A stretch of DNA of 64,000 bases. Source: Vezdaea acicularis (lineage: Eukaryota). Location: assembly GCA_026025075.1 (NCBI GenBank), contig JAPEUI010000034.1:1-64000 (forward strand), written 5' to 3'. The stretch's first letter is position 1; each line of letters opens with the position of its first letter. A program made the translations under genes and the position numbers. The notes under the pieces are model-generated. The model saw only the letters and a list, made by a program, of their open reading frames with translations, was not told the origin of the DNA and did not search any database. Shown here piece after piece: positions 61,068-64,000 of the stretch.

Positions 61068-64000
61068 ATGGTATGTCGTATCTCTGGTATAATGATTATT
61101 TCGTTTTACTCTTTCTAATTGCGTTATAGGTGCTGTTCAAGCGAAAGCCGGTCCAATACCTTAGCGACCCAGTAATCGACGACGAAGATGCACAAGTATT
61201 TCTTCTTTGTCTTAAATCCCTTTCACCGCTCAACTGACATGTGACCAGGTTTGGATGATTCGGCAAACAGGGGAGATGTTCACAAGCTATGAAAGCTATA
61301 TTGCCCGGTAAGTCCCGATGAGTAGGCAAAGCGTCCTCTATGTCTAGCTTGTGAAGCAGAAGCTAATGATGTTAGCATTGAATTCTATAAACAAGTTTGT
61401 CGACGATTGAAGGATCTTGATGCCAGAATAACACACTAACACCCATATAGCGAAAATTCATTTGCGAGATTACTGGACATTCTGCTCTCTCTTTCTTTGA
61501 TGCCCATGCTAGCGAGGTATAGTCCTCTGTGGATGATAGGGGGTGTTCCATTAGCTTCGATGCTGATTTGCCCAGATGAATAATTCCAAAGATGTCGATA
61601 AGGCATTCCCTGAGGCGTTGCGAGAGCCGGTCCTTCGTAAGGTTCAGTTTTCCGTCATCTCGCGGATTGACAATCTTGGTATGTCTCTCGCCGAGATCTG
61701 GGGTCGTTCGTGATAACTAATAACTCAAATTTACAGTGGACCATATATATGAAGTGGGTAGTGTCAAACTTCCGTACTATCAAGCTATCTAACTTGCAGT
61801 AGGAGTTCAAGTCAGACTTCTACCCTGGAGAACATGTCACTGTAACTTTAGTCAATGGAGAGAGACTCAATGGTGTCGTACGGGAGAAAGCTAAGTTTCC
61901 AGAAATTCGAGATAGGGATGGGTCAATTTACCGTGCTGCATTTTCACGGTACTTCGTCGTCCTTTCAACTAGGCCTGGTGAGGAAGCCCTTGTCGACGAG
62001 GATCACATTTGTCGAGACAGAAAATCCTTTACCAAACAGATTTTACGGTCCTTTATCAAGAACACCGTCACTCGCGAACCCTGGAATGGCGCGCCATGGC
62101 TAGTTAAAAGACCCGAGGCTGAAAAGTATCGTATCGATACTGAAGTCCCCTCCCACTTGTTGCATAGCAACAAAATTGCCGAGAAAAAGGCAACCCTCTC
62201 ACAAAAAAAATTTGTCACCAACGGAGCCCAGGTCGACGGCATTGGCTCGATACAGCGGTATCCAGAGCTTAAGCCGGCCACAAAAAGTCATAAGCGCAAG
62301 CTCACTCAGGCTGAAAAGCAGTTCATTGCTCAGAACAAATATACTCAGTATCAGGTATATCAGCAATCACTTCCGTCATCGGCGAGTCTACCAATTCAAT
62401 CCACAACAGCAAACGAACACCAATTCATTCATTTCCACAGCACCTTCCCTAATCTTGCACCACTGGCCGCGAAGAACATGCCGAAACCTTCTCTCGCCCC
62501 GCAGGTCAAATATCCCGTCGATGATCTCGAGGTGCCTCTTTCTCACGACGGCGTACATCGGCCATCACTCAAGTATCTATCGCAGGATACACCTACCGAC
62601 AGTGCTGCCAGTAGTAACGGGATCTTCATGAGCTCCGTTGGTGCCCTTCTAGAGACGTGGGATACGCTCAACGTTTATTGTGAGATCTTCAAGCTCGATT
62701 CCTTCACCTTTGACGACTACATCGAGGCTTTGCAAGTTACATCCGAAGGTGTGGAATGCGAACTCTTCGTGGAGATTCATTGCGCTGTTCTCAGCCTTCT
62801 TGTCGATGAGGCTGGCAAAGGCGGAAAGATCAATGTCTCTTTGCCGGAGCTTCCAGTCGAAGAGAGCAGCGAGGAAGAAGATGACACTGAGATGAGTGCT
62901 GTGCCTACTCCCACGCCTGAACCGGAAGTCAAACCGTCAGGCCGGAGGACACGAAGTAGTCTTCTGAAAGAGGATGTCGATCATGTCAAGCCAAGCAAAA
63001 GCCGCTCCGCTACTGCGGAAATCAAAGTTCACAGGGCGGCCGAGATGCTAGAGGACGAAGAATGGATAGAAAGGCTTCGAAAGCGTAATTTCAGAAACGG
63101 TGGTTGGGAGTTCATCATCGTTGGTCTCCTACACCAGCTGTCTCTGAAGCCAAAAGACAAACAAGAATATGAAGCCATCTTAGCCAACTTAGCTCCGACT
63201 GACAAAGAGCCTACCCAGGATACTGTTCGAAAGCAATATGCCAGCTTGGACATCAACTTACGCGTTCGCATCTTGCAAATACTTTGTCTGCTCACTGTCG
63301 AAACGAAGGCTATCCGAGGCTATATGGAAGAGTGTAGTGAAGAAATGACCGGTTTTCGGAAGGAAAAAATCGATTGGCAGCGAGCCCGTAAACAAGCGTA
63401 AGCAATGCCCTTTAAGTCTTTCTATTGAGTAGTTATTGACAGCTGTTAGCATGGAGGAGCTACGCCAGCTTGACGATGAACGGAAGATTCTTCTTCCAGA
63501 CAACTCACCACCATCACCAGGTCCCGTACCAGAGACTAATGGCGACACGAAAATGAGTGGAATGGAAGAAGATGAAGGGGACGATGAAGATGCCGAAAGT
63601 GATGATGAGGAGCCACACAAAGGTCACTCCCTCCGCCGAGGCCTAGATCGAGCCGCAGAAAGAAAGCGTAAACGCGAGGAGGAGAAAGAGAAGAAGGAGA
63701 AAGCTGAAGCCGCTGCAAAGGTGCCGAAGGTATCGAATGAATTCAAAAGGATTCTTAAAGAGATAGAAAAGAAAAAAGAGAAAATTAAAGAGTGCGAGGA
63801 GGAAATTGCAATACTAGACAACGATCTCCGCGAAGCAGACTGTCCGCGCACTAGATGCCTTGGTAAGGACCGTTTCTGGAACCGTTATTACTGGTTCGAA
63901 CGAAATGGGATGCCCTATGGCGGATTGCCGGAAAGCTCCACAGCTGACGCAAACTACGCAAATGGCTGCCTCTGGGTACAGGGCCCAGACGATATTGAAC
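61068..64000 (+). CDS. ITC1: ISWI-complex subunit Itc1/ACF1 (WAC, DDT and WHIM/WSD domains); 3' end outside the window
   Basis: ATG-only first coding exon then VLFKRKPV; FICEITGHS; KYPVDDLEV; DDT motif LLETWDTLNVYCEIFKLDSFTFDDY; LGKDRFWNRYYWFE. Confidence 0.94.

Overview
Eukaryotic DNA from a gene-dense filamentous ascomycete (Pezizomycotina-type proteins; short GT-AG introns with CTAAC/CTGAC branch sites). The first ~3.9 kb looks accessory: a palindromic 36-bp tandem array running off the left edge, an intron-rich orphan gene ending inside a 19-bp tandem repeat, and a short, very AT-rich (RIP-like) patch. From ~5.9 kb on it is mostly housekeeping genes: Pho80/Pcl cyclin, KRE9, Xaa-Pro aminopeptidase, SRP72, PRO1, ATP23, Aurora kinase, TIP41, CBP3, LTA4 hydrolase, a probable sororin (Sor1) homologue, PEX8, a TMEM170-like protein, EMP47-like lectin, CEG1, SGF73, SNF5, an F-box-like orphan, an EEP-family hydrolase, CDB4, an RCO1-like double-PHD protein, PDS5, ALG8 and the 5' part of ITC1. 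No rRNA, tRNA, CRISPR array or intact transposon was recognised. Main points for follow-up: the disordered protein at 23.8-25.6 kb carries a Pds5-binding-like RTYG motif, a KEN box and a sororin-like C-terminus; the hairpin 36-mer array; a PEX8 lacking PTS1 with a possible decayed SRL just after the stop; convergent genes whose stop codons are 1 bp apart; sharp C-to-G strand-skew switches inside genes; and a hairpin-dense 3' region. Exon boundaries were read by eye, and family calls rest on motif recognition, not database searches.
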